A stretch of 64,000 nucleotides of DNA, from the NCBI GenBank assembly GCA_044344255.1, contig JBIJDH010000009.1, forward strand, positions 1 to 64,000. Direction: 5' to 3'. The stretch is from Myxococcota bacterium. Lineage in GTDB: Bacteria > Myxococcota_A > UBA796 > UBA2385. Shown here piece by piece: positions 48,113 through 57,621 of this stretch. Both the position numbers and the translations under genes were made by a program. Below the pieces are notes generated by a model. That model worked only from the letters and a program-made list of their open reading frames with translations, had not been told where the DNA came from and ran no database searches. How positions within the stretch are numbered: the first letter of the stretch is position 1; every line of letters begins with the position of its first letter.

Positions 48113-48844
48113 TCACTGCAGGGCGGCGAGGTTCGTGTACGGGCGGGGCGCGCGCCAGTGGATCGCGGCCGCGACGCCGTAGAGGGTGGTGGTGGCCGGC
48201 GAGACGCCGTAGTCGGTGACCCAGTCGGAGGTGGTGGAGAAGCTGTAGACCGTGCCGCCGTTACCGCCCGTGGAGCCCGTCGGGGTCGAAGCGGAGAAGC
48301 TGGTCTCGGTGGGCCCCATCACGGCGCCGGCGAAGAGGTCGCTGTACAGCCAGCGTTGGGCCTGAACGGCGCCACCGGCCAGGTTGCCCATGTAGCTCAC
48401 CACGACGTCGGCCTCGCCGTCGAGGTCGAGGTCGCCGAGGGACACCGCGAGGGCGGGGACGCCGTGGTTCGCCGCGTCGGTGGCCGAGAAGAAGGCGGTG
48501 GGGAGGCTCACCCCATCGATGACGAGCAGGCCAGGCTGGGGCGTGACGGCGGCCAGATCGGCCTCGACCATCCACGCGGCGAGGGCGCTGGCCACGAGCG
48601 CGTCATCGGAGGTGTCCCCCCAGAGGCCGTCGAGCGAGCCCTCGGCGAGGCGCGCGACACAGAGGCTCTTGGAGCCTCGCTCGTTCAAGGTGCTCAAACC
48701 GTCCGCGTCCGCACAAGCCACGCGTGTCGATGCGACACCCGAGGTGGAGCCGGTGAGGGGGCTCGGAGAGGCCTGGGCCACTGCCCCAACAGACACTGCG
48801 ACAAAAGCAACACAAGAAGCAGCACAAATTGTGAAGAGTCGCAT
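48113..48844 (-). CDS. Hypothetical secreted protein
   Basis: GAGG before ATG; signal peptide ending AQA; one GDLDLDGEADVVV FG-GAP-like motif; Ser/Thr-rich tail. Confidence 0.65.
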   Translation of the reverse strand: MRLFTICAASCVAFVAVSVGAVAQASPSPLTGSTSGVASTRVACADADGLSTLNERGSKSLCVARLAEGSLDGLWGDTSDDALVASALAAWMVEADLAAVTPQPGLLVIDGVSLPTAFFSATDAANHGVPALAVSLGDLDLDGEADVVVSYMGNLAGGAVQAQRWLYSDLFAGAVMGPTETSFSASTPTGSTGGNGGTVYSFSTTSDWVTDYGVSPATTTLYGVAAAIHWRAPRPYTNLAALQ

Positions 48845-48981
48845 GGTGTCCTCGGTTTGTTTCGGGTACACCACACTAATGCACGAGTCGTGCCAGCCTT
48901 CCAGGTCCGGCGGCGGCCTGAGGACCGCCAAACACCTGCACAGCGCGCCTCTCTACGGCTGCTGTGCAGAACTGTTCCGAC

Positions 48982-49013
48982 CCGCGGCTCCGCGGCTCCG
49001 CGGCTCCGCGACT
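48982..49013. repeat. 8 bp tandem repeat (CCGCGGCT x3 plus CCGCGACT)
   Basis: Read directly, adjacent to glpD stop codon. Confidence 0.85.
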
Positions 49014-50875
49014 CAGCCTTCGACGGCTGGGGCCAACGGGCTCGCGGCGGCCCCCGCGGAGGGCTCCGCGGCGACCGGCGCGGCCTCCTCCTTCCAGCGG
49101 CGGCTCTTCGCGACCTCCGCCCGATAGGCGTCGGCGGAGCGTCGCCGCTCTTCGGGGCTCCAGCCGAGCAGGGCGGCCATCCGGTCGGCCACGAGGTCGA
49201 TCACGCCGAGGCCCTGGTCCGCTGCGCGGAAGAATATCTGGACGCGCCGCTCCATGAAGTCGGTCACGGTCTCCGCCATCTCTCGCTTCACAGCCCAGTC
49301 CACCTGGGCCATGATCTCCGGCCGCCCCGGCGCCAAGGGTTGGGTCAGCAGCTGCTCGGTGCGGGCGTAGGTGACGAGGTCGATGGCCAGCGTGCCGTAG
49401 CGGTCGGTGAGGTACTGGCAGGTGGCCTCGGGCAACAGCCCGCCGGCGGCCGCGACGACCTCCTTCACGATCACGCTGCCGTCGTCATTCTCCGGCCAGC
49501 CGATCGCACCGGGGAGGGGGAGCTGCTCGGTGTGGACCACGCGCAAGGGGGGCAGCGGGTGCCCAACGAGCTGGAGCCACTGCAGGGCCGCGCCGACCAC
49601 CTCGGCCCCCATCCGGCGGTGGGTGGTGAGCTTGCCGCCAGCGATGCTGATGAGCCCGTCGGCGTCGACGGCGATGACATGCTCTCGAGACACCTGAGAG
49701 GGTGAGACCCCCTCGGCGCGGATCAACGGCCGGAGGCCGGCCCAGGTCGAGGTGATGTGCTCGGGGCGGACGTCAGAGTCGGGGAAATAGGCGCGCACCG
49801 CCTCGAGCAGGTAGTCGATGTCGGAGCGAACGGCGCAGACGTCGCGGGGATCGCCCTCATAGTCTGTGTCGGTGGTGCCGATGTAGAGCTGGTCGCCCCA
49901 AGGGATGATGAACAGGACTCGGGCGTCGCGTGGATGGGTACAGACGACCACGTGCTCCAGTTGGATGCACGTCGCCGGGATGACGATGTGCACCCCCTTG
50001 GTCGTGCGGAGCTGGTGGCTCGGCGTTGGACCCATCGAGCGGATGAGGTCGGACCAGGGGCCAGTGGCGTTGACGACGGCGGCGGCGTGGATGTCGATGG
50101 TCCGCGGTTCGACCGAGGCGTCGAGCGTGTCTCGGGCCCGCACCCCACAGATGCGCCCGCCCTCATTTCGGAGCAGCCCCACCACCTTGCCGTAGGTCAG
50201 CAAGGCCGCGCCGTGCTTGGTGGCGTCCAACATGGTCTCGAGGGTGAGCCGCGCGTCGTCGGTCATGCAGTCCCAGTACAAGGGGGCGCCGTGGAGGCCT
50301 CGCTTCTGGATGGCGGGTGTGCAGGCGATGACCTTCTTCTTCGACAGGGTCCGGTGCCACTTGGGGGACCGGAAGAGCGCGAGGCCCTCGTAGACCATCA
50401 GCCCCACTCGGAGCTTGTTGATGCCTACCGGACTGTGATCGTAGATCGGGAACAAAAAGCCGAGCGGGCGCACGAGGTGGGGGGCGAGGTTCTGCATCAC
50501 CCGCCGCTCGCTCACGGACTCAAAGACGAGGGAGAAGTCTCCCTGCTCGAGGTACCGGAGGCCGCCGTGGATGAGCTTGGAGGAGCGGGAGGACGTGCCC
50601 GCGGCGACATCTTCGGCCTCGATCACCGCCACGCGGAGGCCCCGCAGGGCCGCGTCTCGGGCGGTGGCGGCGCCGATCACGCCGCCGCCGATGATCAGGA
50701 GGTCAAAGGTCTCCCGGCCGAGGCGCTCCCAGGTCCGCTCCCGGGGGGAGGGAGCGAAGGGGGCAACGGAGGCCGGAGACGTCGACCCGGCACGGGCAGA
50801 GACCGCTTGGGCAGCAGCTGCAGGAGAGGACACAGCATGGGCGGACACTGTGGCTCCAGGGGCACGAGGGATCAC
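49013..50875 (-). CDS. glpD: FAD-dependent glycerol-3-phosphate dehydrogenase/oxidase; start uncertain
   Basis: IIGGGVIG, GTSSRSSKLIHGGLRYLE, TDDARL, NATGPW, GTTDTD, WAGLRPL, GGKLTT. Confidence 0.9.
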   Translation of the reverse strand: MIPRAPGATVSAHAVSSPAAAAQAVSARAGSTSPASVAPFAPSPRERTWERLGRETFDLLIIGGGVIGAATARDAALRGLRVAVIEAEDVAAGTSSRSSKLIHGGLRYLEQGDFSLVFESVSERRVMQNLAPHLVRPLGFLFPIYDHSPVGINKLRVGLMVYEGLALFRSPKWHRTLSKKKVIACTPAIQKRGLHGAPLYWDCMTDDARLTLETMLDATKHGAALLTYGKVVGLLRNEGGRICGVRARDTLDASVEPRTIDIHAAAVVNATGPWSDLIRSMGPTPSHQLRTTKGVHIVIPATCIQLEHVVVCTHPRDARVLFIIPWGDQLYIGTTDTDYEGDPRDVCAVRSDIDYLLEAVRAYFPDSDVRPEHITSTWAGLRPLIRAEGVSPSQVSREHVIAVDADGLISIAGGKLTTHRRMGAEVVGAALQWLQLVGHPLPPLRVVHTEQLPLPGAIGWPENDDGSVIVKEVVAAAGGLLPEATCQYLTDRYGTLAIDLVTYARTEQLLTQPLAPGRPEIMAQVDWAVKREMAETVTDFMERRVQIFFRAADQGLGVIDLVADRMAALLGWSPEERRRSADAYRAEVAKSRRWKEEAAPVAAEPSAGAAASPLAPAVEG

Positions 50876-50950
50876 GGGAGGCGGTCGGCGGGCTGCGGTC
50901 GGATATCCCGGAATGTCGGCCCCGTCTCAAGGTCGGCGACGGTCCGGCGC

Positions 50951-53506
50951 TCAGCGGGCGTCACGGCAGAGCCGGATCCCGAGGGAGTCCCGACGCCGAT
51001 TGGCGGGCTGCTCCCACCGGTTGGCGAGCTGACAGTCGCTGGCGCTGTAGATCCAGGTGCCGCCGCGCTGGGTCCGCCGATCGTCGGGTCCAGCGACCCT
51101 CCGCTCGGCGCGGCCGTCCCCGCCCACCGCCGGCCCCTCCGGACGGAAGGGGTCCAGGCACCAGTCGCTTGTGTTGCCCGCCATCCCGCGGAGCCCGAAG
51201 GGGCCCTCATCCGTCGGGAAGTCCGTGACGCTCACCAAGGTGGGGCGGCCTCGGTGGGAGGCCCGCATCGCGCAGAAGGAGGGGTCAAGGGTGCGCCCCC
51301 AAGGGTACGCCCTCCCGTCCGCGCCGCGGGCCGCGCGCTCCCACTCGAGCTCGTGGGGGAGGCGCCAGCGACCGACCTGGCCGGCGGCGAAGGCCATCGC
51401 GTCGAACCAGTCCACCATCACGACCGGCCAGTCCGGCTGCCAGAGGTCTCCGTCGCTGTCGGGCTGCAGGAAGTAGCGTCCGCTGGGGGTGCGACCGTAG
51501 ATTATCGAAGCCTCGGTCTGATCATTCGTCACATATCGAGGCGCGTGTCGCTGAGCCCGGTCCCCCTCTCCGGCCGAGACAAGGGCATTCAGCCACTCGA
51601 TGTAGTCAAGATTCGTAACCGGGAATCGCCTGAACACCATCGCATCTACCCACACCCTCTGCAGAGGCTGGGCGGCCTTCACGACCGGATCGGCGCTCCC
51701 CGCGAGGGACCAACCGGCCGGTACGTAGCGGTCGCGCGGATCCCAGCCCTCCGCCGGCGGAAGCCAGATCGGCGCAGGCTCCCGGCCCCCTGGTGGCCGA
51801 CCGTCCATGTGCTCCGTGCGCCCGATGCGGACGGGATACCCGACGGGGATCCTCCCCGGAGCACGGAGGAGGAGGTGGTAAGACCCCATCGGGAGGGGCA
51901 CAGAGATGAGCGGCGTGTGCCCGAGCCGGCGGAGCGGGCGGGTGACGAGGCGCCGATCCACCTCCTCGTAGACCTCCAGCCAGACCTCGGCTCCCGGCGG
52001 GTCGGTGAGCAGGGTGAGGGCCCCTCCACCGTCGATCCAGCGGGCGTGCGTGCCGTCGTCGTGGCGCCGCAGCCGCGCCAGGGCCTCGGCCACCGCCGAG
52101 CGGTCGCCGCGGGCCTCGGCCTCCTCGTGGCGCGCGCGGTAGTGGGCGGCGAGCGCGGCGTGGGCCTCCGAATGTTCCGGATCTCGCTCCAAGGCCGCGT
52201 ACAGCGCCTCGCGCCAGGCCGCCTCTGCGGTCCGCGCCTCGTCTTCGAGTGCGGCGGCGCGATCCTCCAGGGTCCAAGCCCTTCGTCGCTCCGGCCCGCC
52301 GGCCTCCGGCCGCCCCTCCCAGATCGCGGCGGCCTCCGAGCGAAGCCCGCAGGCGGCAGCGCGGAGGGACTCGGCGCGGGCCCGCTCGCCCTCCGCCTGA
52401 CAGACGAGGACCTTCGCCTGCTCTCGACGGCGGGCGCCCGCGAGCCAGGCCGTGAGGCCAGTGACGAGGAGGCCGGCGTGCGGCAGTCGCTCGCTGGGCG
52501 CTTCGATCATCGCGGCCTCGACCAGCTCGGCCAGCTCCGCCGGCCAACGAGAGTCATCGGCGCCGATCCGCCCCCGCAGCACCTCGGCCAGGATGCAGCC
52601 GAGGGCGAAGACGTCAGAGGGGGGGCCGATCAGATCAATCGCACCCCGCCGCTGTTCAGGCGACATGTAGCCAGGAGATCCCACCACGTCGCCCATCCGG
52701 GTGCTGCCCTCCGGCGACGGCGCCGCGGCGGAAGCCGGGGCGAAGGCAGCCGGGAGATCGGTCGTGGGCAGGTCGGTCGTGGGCAGGTCGGTCGTGGGCA
52801 GGTCGGTCGTGACCGGCAGGCTCGATTCGAGGCGCTCCACCGCCGCCGGAGGTGCGCCCGTCTCCGCCCGAGGCGAGCCCAACCGGCGCCCGGCCGGGCC
52901 CACGACCCGCGAGATGCCCCAGTCCATCACCAACACCTCGCCGAACTCGCCGATCATGATGTTGGCCGGCTTGAGATCCCGGTGGATCACGCCGCGATCG
53001 TGCGCATAGGCGACTGCCTCACAGACCCGGAGCAGCACCTCGACGAGGCGCCGCAGCTCCACGGGATCCTCGCCCGACCCGACGCTCCGGCCGAGCGCCT
53101 CCTGCAGCGTCTGCCCGATGACCTCCTTCATCGTGAAGTAGGGCCGGCCGTCGGCGAGCACCCCGCGATCGTAGATCGGCACGATGCCGGGGTGCTGCAG
53201 GCCGGCGCAGATGCGCGCCTCGGCGAGGAAGCGCGCCAGGACGCCCGACCGCGGCGAGAGGTCAGCGCGCACCACCTTCATCGCCACGTCGCGGTCCAGC
53301 AGCCGGTCATGAACCCGAAGGACCTCGCCCATCCCGCCGATGCCAAGGCGCCCCTCGATCTGGTAGCGCCCCCCCTCAGGGGCACCCGCCCGCTCCCCAC
53401 CGATGGGCGACGGCGGCCGCAGCGGCGGCTCGGTCCGAGCGGGGGGCGCCAGCGGCGCGGCGCTGCGGCGCGACGGAGCGGCGGTGAACTTCGATCGTGG
53501 CCCCAT
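50951..53506 (-). CDS. Ser/Thr kinase fused to FGE-sulfatase (SUMF1-like) domain
   Basis: GIGGMG, HRDLKPAN, DWG, GYMSPE; PVTNLDY, RLPHELEWERAARG, MAGNTSDW, RGGTW, GIRL. Confidence 0.92.
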   Translation of the reverse strand: MGPRSKFTAAPSRRSAAPLAPPARTEPPLRPPSPIGGERAGAPEGGRYQIEGRLGIGGMGEVLRVHDRLLDRDVAMKVVRADLSPRSGVLARFLAEARICAGLQHPGIVPIYDRGVLADGRPYFTMKEVIGQTLQEALGRSVGSGEDPVELRRLVEVLLRVCEAVAYAHDRGVIHRDLKPANIMIGEFGEVLVMDWGISRVVGPAGRRLGSPRAETGAPPAAVERLESSLPVTTDLPTTDLPTTDLPTTDLPAAFAPASAAAPSPEGSTRMGDVVGSPGYMSPEQRRGAIDLIGPPSDVFALGCILAEVLRGRIGADDSRWPAELAELVEAAMIEAPSERLPHAGLLVTGLTAWLAGARRREQAKVLVCQAEGERARAESLRAAACGLRSEAAAIWEGRPEAGGPERRRAWTLEDRAAALEDEARTAEAAWREALYAALERDPEHSEAHAALAAHYRARHEEAEARGDRSAVAEALARLRRHDDGTHARWIDGGGALTLLTDPPGAEVWLEVYEEVDRRLVTRPLRRLGHTPLISVPLPMGSYHLLLRAPGRIPVGYPVRIGRTEHMDGRPPGGREPAPIWLPPAEGWDPRDRYVPAGWSLAGSADPVVKAAQPLQRVWVDAMVFRRFPVTNLDYIEWLNALVSAGEGDRAQRHAPRYVTNDQTEASIIYGRTPSGRYFLQPDSDGDLWQPDWPVVMVDWFDAMAFAAGQVGRWRLPHELEWERAARGADGRAYPWGRTLDPSFCAMRASHRGRPTLVSVTDFPTDEGPFGLRGMAGNTSDWCLDPFRPEGPAVGGDGRAERRVAGPDDRRTQRGGTWIYSASDCQLANRWEQPANRRRDSLGIRLCRDAR
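52751..52810. repeat. 15 bp in-frame tandem repeat x4 encoding TTDLP
   Basis: GGGCAGGTCGGTCGT x3 exact (52766-52810) plus one degenerate copy. Confidence 0.92.
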
Positions 53507-53556
53507 CGGGCGGAGGGTAGGTCTCTTCCGAAGCCCGCGCAAGGCTCAGCGCGCCT

Positions 53557-56532
53557 TCACCACGCGGCGCCGAGCACGCTCCGCAGGTCGCGACCCCACT
53601 CCACCTCGACCCGATCCCGCAGCGGCCCCGCCGCTGCCCTCAGCACCGCCATGTCCCAGCTCCGGAGGGTCCCGTCCCAGGAGCCCGAGAGGAGCGTGGC
53701 GCCGTCGGGCGAGAACTCGAGCGAATTGACCCGGCCGCTGTGGCCGATCAGGGTCGCGATGGCCTCGGGCTCCGCGAGGCTCCAGACGTGCAGGTCGCCG
53801 CTCAGGTGCCCCGACGCGAAGGTCTGACCGTCCACGCTCGCGGCCAGCTCATTGACGGGAGAGGTCACCGGCCAGGTCCGCGTCGTCTGTCCGTTCGGCC
53901 CGATGAGCTGGATCTGCACGCTGGTGCCGATCAGCGTCTGTGCGCCAACCGGGGCGACCGCCCGAGCCTCGGGGCGCGCACCCAGCCTCGTGGCCGTGGC
54001 CACCTCACCGTCTTCGATCCGCCAGACGACGTCCTCGGCGGCGATGGCGGCCGCCCGCGCGCCGGTGGGATCTCGCTCAAGGTCGGTCATGGACTCGGTC
54101 GCGAGCGTCAGGGGCTCCGCAGCGGCGCCGGGCCGGTCTCGAACCTGCATGAGGCGTGGATCATAGGAGGCGACGATCCAGCCCGCGCGCGGGAGCCCGA
54201 TCAGCCGGCGGACCTTCACGCCGGGGAGCTGGGCCTGCACCGCGCCGTCCCGGACGTCGTAGACGGGCTGGGAGTCCGTCGTGACCGTCCCGACGGCGAG
54301 CCGCTGCCCGTCGGACGAATAGGCGAGATCCTTCACCACCCCCGTCTGCGCCCGCCAGCTCTGCACCGTGGCGCCCGTGGCGCGAGACAAGACGTGCACC
54401 CAGCCGTCGCCGAGGCCCACCGCCACGTCGGCGCCGTCTGGAGAGATGGCGAGCGCGCCCACGCCCTCGGGGAAGCGGACCGACGCCGGCGCGGTGACGT
54501 CAGGGATGAGGCGATCTTCCGCGTGGTCCGACACGACGCGGAGGGTGTGATCGGCGGTCTGCCAGCGGAGGGGCCCGGGGGGACCGTGGATGCGGCCGAG
54601 CTCGGCGCCGTCTGCGAGGTTCCACACCACCACGAGGCCAGCGTCGGTCATCGCGGCGCCGCGAGTCTCGCTGATCTCCAAGCGGCGGATCGACTGCTCG
54701 GGGAGGCTGAGCGCCGGCGCCGATCCGTCGAGGGGGCGGATCTCACCGCGCAAGGTGCCCACCCAGAGCCGCCCATCCGGGCCCTCCGAGAGGCTCATCG
54801 GCGCCCCCTCCGACGGGGGGATCCGCCCGAGGAGGCGAGGCTCCGCGCCCACGCTCCCCTCACGGATCGCGCCATCGGAGCAGCCGATCACGAGGCTCCC
54901 CGACCGCCGGACGAAGACCGAGAGCCCCTTCTGGTCTTTGGCGCAGGTGTGATCGACGAGCACGGCGCCCGTCTGGATCTCCACGAGCGTCTCTCGTCCC
55001 GTCCCGAAGCCCACGAAGCGACCGGGGAAGGCCGAGTCTCCAATGCGTCGCGGAGCCAGGAAGGGCAACGCGATCCGCTCTGGCTCAGCCGGCGGCTCCC
55101 AGCGCCAGGCGGCTCGCTCCCGATCGAAGAGCACGATGCGACCCGCGCCATCGAAGCCCGCGGTGTCGAAGTCACCCGCCGCGAAGGCGCGCAGTTCGTC
55201 TGGCGCGAAGAGGTCACGGACCTCCACACCATCGGGCCGGAGGCAGAAATAAACAGTGGCATCGGGCGAAAGATCGCTGTTCGGGCAGCCCTCCAAGCGG
55301 GGGCCGCGCCGGAGCAGCCGGAAGTGCGGCAGGAGGGACTGTCGCGCGAGGATGCCGCGGGCGATCGGGCTCGGCCCGTGGACGATCGCGTTCGCGGCCA
55401 GGATCTCGGCCTCCATCTCCCGACCGGCCCGGGCGGCCGAGAGGGCCTGGGCGGCCAGCGCGGCCCCGAGCGAGCTCTCCGCCTCCGCCTGCGCGGCGAT
55501 GGCCAGCCCCTCGGAGCGACGGGCCCGGCCCTGCTCCGCCACCGAACGCGACCAGCCCCAGGACACCGCGAGCGCCAGCGCGACCGAGGCGACGGCGCCG
55601 ACGCTCAACGGGAGCCGGAAGGTGTGGGTGGCCCGCCGCAAGAGCTCACGCGTGGAGTAGGCGTAGGCCGCGACCCGGCGGCCCTCAAACCAGGCGCGCA
55701 GATCATCGGCGAAGGCCCGCGCCGAGGGGTACCGGTCTGCGAGCTCCGGCGCGAGGGCCCGGTGGGCGATGGCGGCCAGCTCGGGCGGCACCCCCGGCGC
55801 GACCTCTCGGAGCGGAGGCACCGGACCGACGGCGGGGGGGGCACGGCCCGAGAGCAGCGTGAAGAGCACGGCTCCGAGCCCATAGACGTCGGCTCGGGTG
55901 TCGATGGGGCCCGGTCGGCCCTGCTCCGGGCTCATGTAGCCCGGGGTGCCCGCGAGGCTGGCGCCGGCCGCCTCCTCGAGGGTGCAGGCCAGCCCCCAGT
56001 CCGCGACCACGGTCTCCCCTTCGGGGCCGACCATGATGTTGCTCGGCTTGATGTCCCGGTGGAGGACCCCGCGGGCGTGGGCGTGGGCGATGCCCTCCGC
56101 GGCCTCCAGCACATGCCGGACGAGCCGAAGCTGCTCGGGGCCGGAGGGTGAGGTGGCGATGGAGTCGGCCAGGGAGCGACCGGGGAGCCGCCGCATCGCG
56201 TACCAAGGCCGCCCGGACTCGTCGAAGCCCGCGGCGTAGACCGGCACGATGTTGGGGTGCTCGAGCCGGGCCGTGAGCGCCGCCTCTCGGGTGAGGCGCT
56301 GCGCCGCTCGCGGATCGCCGGGGTGGGCGGTCTTGAGCGCCACATCCCGGCCGAGGCGTCGATCATGGGCGACCCGCACCTCGCCCATGCCGCCGCGGCC
56401 GAGCAGCCCCCCCACCTCGAAGGTGGGCCCTGGAGCCCCCTCCGGCGACGGGGTCTCGCCGGTGAAGCCCGCGCCGCTCAACGGAGGCGGCGTGGAGCCG
56501 AAGCTGCCGCTGCGGAGGGATCGCCGGCTCAC
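53557..56532 (-). CDS. Ser/Thr kinase with WD40 beta-propeller region
   Basis: GRGGMG, HRDIKPSN, DWG, GTPGYMSPE; hydrophobic segment; GHSGRVNSLEFSPDG..SGSWDGTLRSWD. Confidence 0.92.
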   Translation of the reverse strand: MSRRSLRSGSFGSTPPPLSGAGFTGETPSPEGAPGPTFEVGGLLGRGGMGEVRVAHDRRLGRDVALKTAHPGDPRAAQRLTREAALTARLEHPNIVPVYAAGFDESGRPWYAMRRLPGRSLADSIATSPSGPEQLRLVRHVLEAAEGIAHAHARGVLHRDIKPSNIMVGPEGETVVADWGLACTLEEAAGASLAGTPGYMSPEQGRPGPIDTRADVYGLGAVLFTLLSGRAPPAVGPVPPLREVAPGVPPELAAIAHRALAPELADRYPSARAFADDLRAWFEGRRVAAYAYSTRELLRRATHTFRLPLSVGAVASVALALAVSWGWSRSVAEQGRARRSEGLAIAAQAEAESSLGAALAAQALSAARAGREMEAEILAANAIVHGPSPIARGILARQSLLPHFRLLRRGPRLEGCPNSDLSPDATVYFCLRPDGVEVRDLFAPDELRAFAAGDFDTAGFDGAGRIVLFDRERAAWRWEPPAEPERIALPFLAPRRIGDSAFPGRFVGFGTGRETLVEIQTGAVLVDHTCAKDQKGLSVFVRRSGSLVIGCSDGAIREGSVGAEPRLLGRIPPSEGAPMSLSEGPDGRLWVGTLRGEIRPLDGSAPALSLPEQSIRRLEISETRGAAMTDAGLVVVWNLADGAELGRIHGPPGPLRWQTADHTLRVVSDHAEDRLIPDVTAPASVRFPEGVGALAISPDGADVAVGLGDGWVHVLSRATGATVQSWRAQTGVVKDLAYSSDGQRLAVGTVTTDSQPVYDVRDGAVQAQLPGVKVRRLIGLPRAGWIVASYDPRLMQVRDRPGAAAEPLTLATESMTDLERDPTGARAAAIAAEDVVWRIEDGEVATATRLGARPEARAVAPVGAQTLIGTSVQIQLIGPNGQTTRTWPVTSPVNELAASVDGQTFASGHLSGDLHVWSLAEPEAIATLIGHSGRVNSLEFSPDGATLLSGSWDGTLRSWDMAVLRAAAGPLRDRVEVEWGRDLRSVLGAAW

Positions 56533-57428
56533 GTGCGATCTTCAACCCGGTCGTGGGGGTAGAGGAAGAGCTCGACCGTGCCGCTGCCGTCCGCCCGCAC
56601 GAGGTCCGCGCGGAGACCGGCGGCCCGAAAGCGCCGACGGAGTCGGGACAGCAGCGTGTCGAGGCGGTTGCGGCGGAGGAAGGCGTCGTCGCCGTCCGGC
56701 CAGAGCTCCTCGGCCAGCACGGACCAGGAGACGGGCCCGTCGATGGCCACGAGCTCGGAGACGAGGCGCGCCTGCAGCCCCCCGAGGGTGACCGGCACCC
56801 CCCCTTCCCGGTGGATGTGAACGGTGTCGAAGGCGGCCACGATGTGCACGGGAGCGTCAAGCTCGCCTTGCCGCCGGGTGGCGCTGTGCCCTGCATCATG
56901 GAGCGGGATCTCGACGAGGCGGAGCGGCTCTCCCCCGACGAGCACGACCTCCCCGGCCTGCAGCGGGGCGGCGGCCTCTCCGGGCTTTCGCGCCATCCAG
57001 CGCTCGCCGGTGGTCCATATGTGCAATCGCGCGCCCTCCTGCCAGCCCGCGGAGAGCCGGACGTGGGGGTCTGCCAGCACCGAGCAGACACCGGGGAGCG
57101 CCTGACGCGGCAGCGTGGGCCCTTCGACCCCGAGGACGTGATCCGGTAGGGAAACCTCGAGCACCTCGAGCTCCACCCCGCGGGCGAGCTGCACCCGAAG
57201 GCCCGGCCGGATCGCGACGTTGGCCTGCGGCTGCCCCTCCACCGCGAGGCGCCCGCGGAGCGCGATGAGCTGGAGCTGCCCCTCCCGGAGGCTGAGCATG
57301 GCGTGGGCCTCACTGACCCGCCCGTCATCGAGCTGCAGCGCCGCCGACCAGACCCGCCCGACGATGTCGCCGTGGACGAGCTCGTGAACGTGGCCTTCCG
57401 GATCTCGAATGAGGGCGTAGGCGTGCAA
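56529..57428 (-). CDS. FHA-domain protein with C-terminal winged-helix-like DNA-binding domain; start uncertain
   Basis: VGR..DGRVSEAHA FHA signature; LAEELWP..LDTLLSRLRRRF resembles an OmpR-type wHTH; GTGA overlap with kinase. Confidence 0.75.
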   Translation of the reverse strand: MHAYALIRDPEGHVHELVHGDIVGRVWSAALQLDDGRVSEAHAMLSLREGQLQLIALRGRLAVEGQPQANVAIRPGLRVQLARGVELEVLEVSLPDHVLGVEGPTLPRQALPGVCSVLADPHVRLSAGWQEGARLHIWTTGERWMARKPGEAAAPLQAGEVVLVGGEPLRLVEIPLHDAGHSATRRQGELDAPVHIVAAFDTVHIHREGGVPVTLGGLQARLVSELVAIDGPVSWSVLAEELWPDGDDAFLRRNRLDTLLSRLRRRFRAAGLRADLVRADGSGTVELFLYPHDRVEDRT

Positions 57429-57621
57429 ACCGGCTCCGGGGACTGCTGAGGTGACGGAAGCGGGGCGGAGGGCAGGCGAGGGGAGCCGCGCCCGTCGGGT
57501 GGAGTATCGCCCAGCGGGGCCGCCCGCGCCGAAGACACCCCCGGGTCCGGCCCCCTCGTCGTGAGCTTGAACCGAACCCTCCGACGGCTTAGACGAAGAT
57601 ACCGCCGTTTGGAGGGGATCG

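Noticed and set aside
50951..51250. FGE-sulfatase C-terminus as a diversity-generating retroelement target
   Set aside because: No reverse transcriptase and no template-repeat copy seen in this window; a remote DGR cannot be excluded
49757..53827. 1356 aa plus-strand ORF
   Set aside because: Antisense shadow of glpD and the kinase-FGE gene; no motifs; expected in high-GC DNA
57429..57621. T-box leader upstream of ileS
   Set aside because: No T-box consensus or terminator/antiterminator recognised
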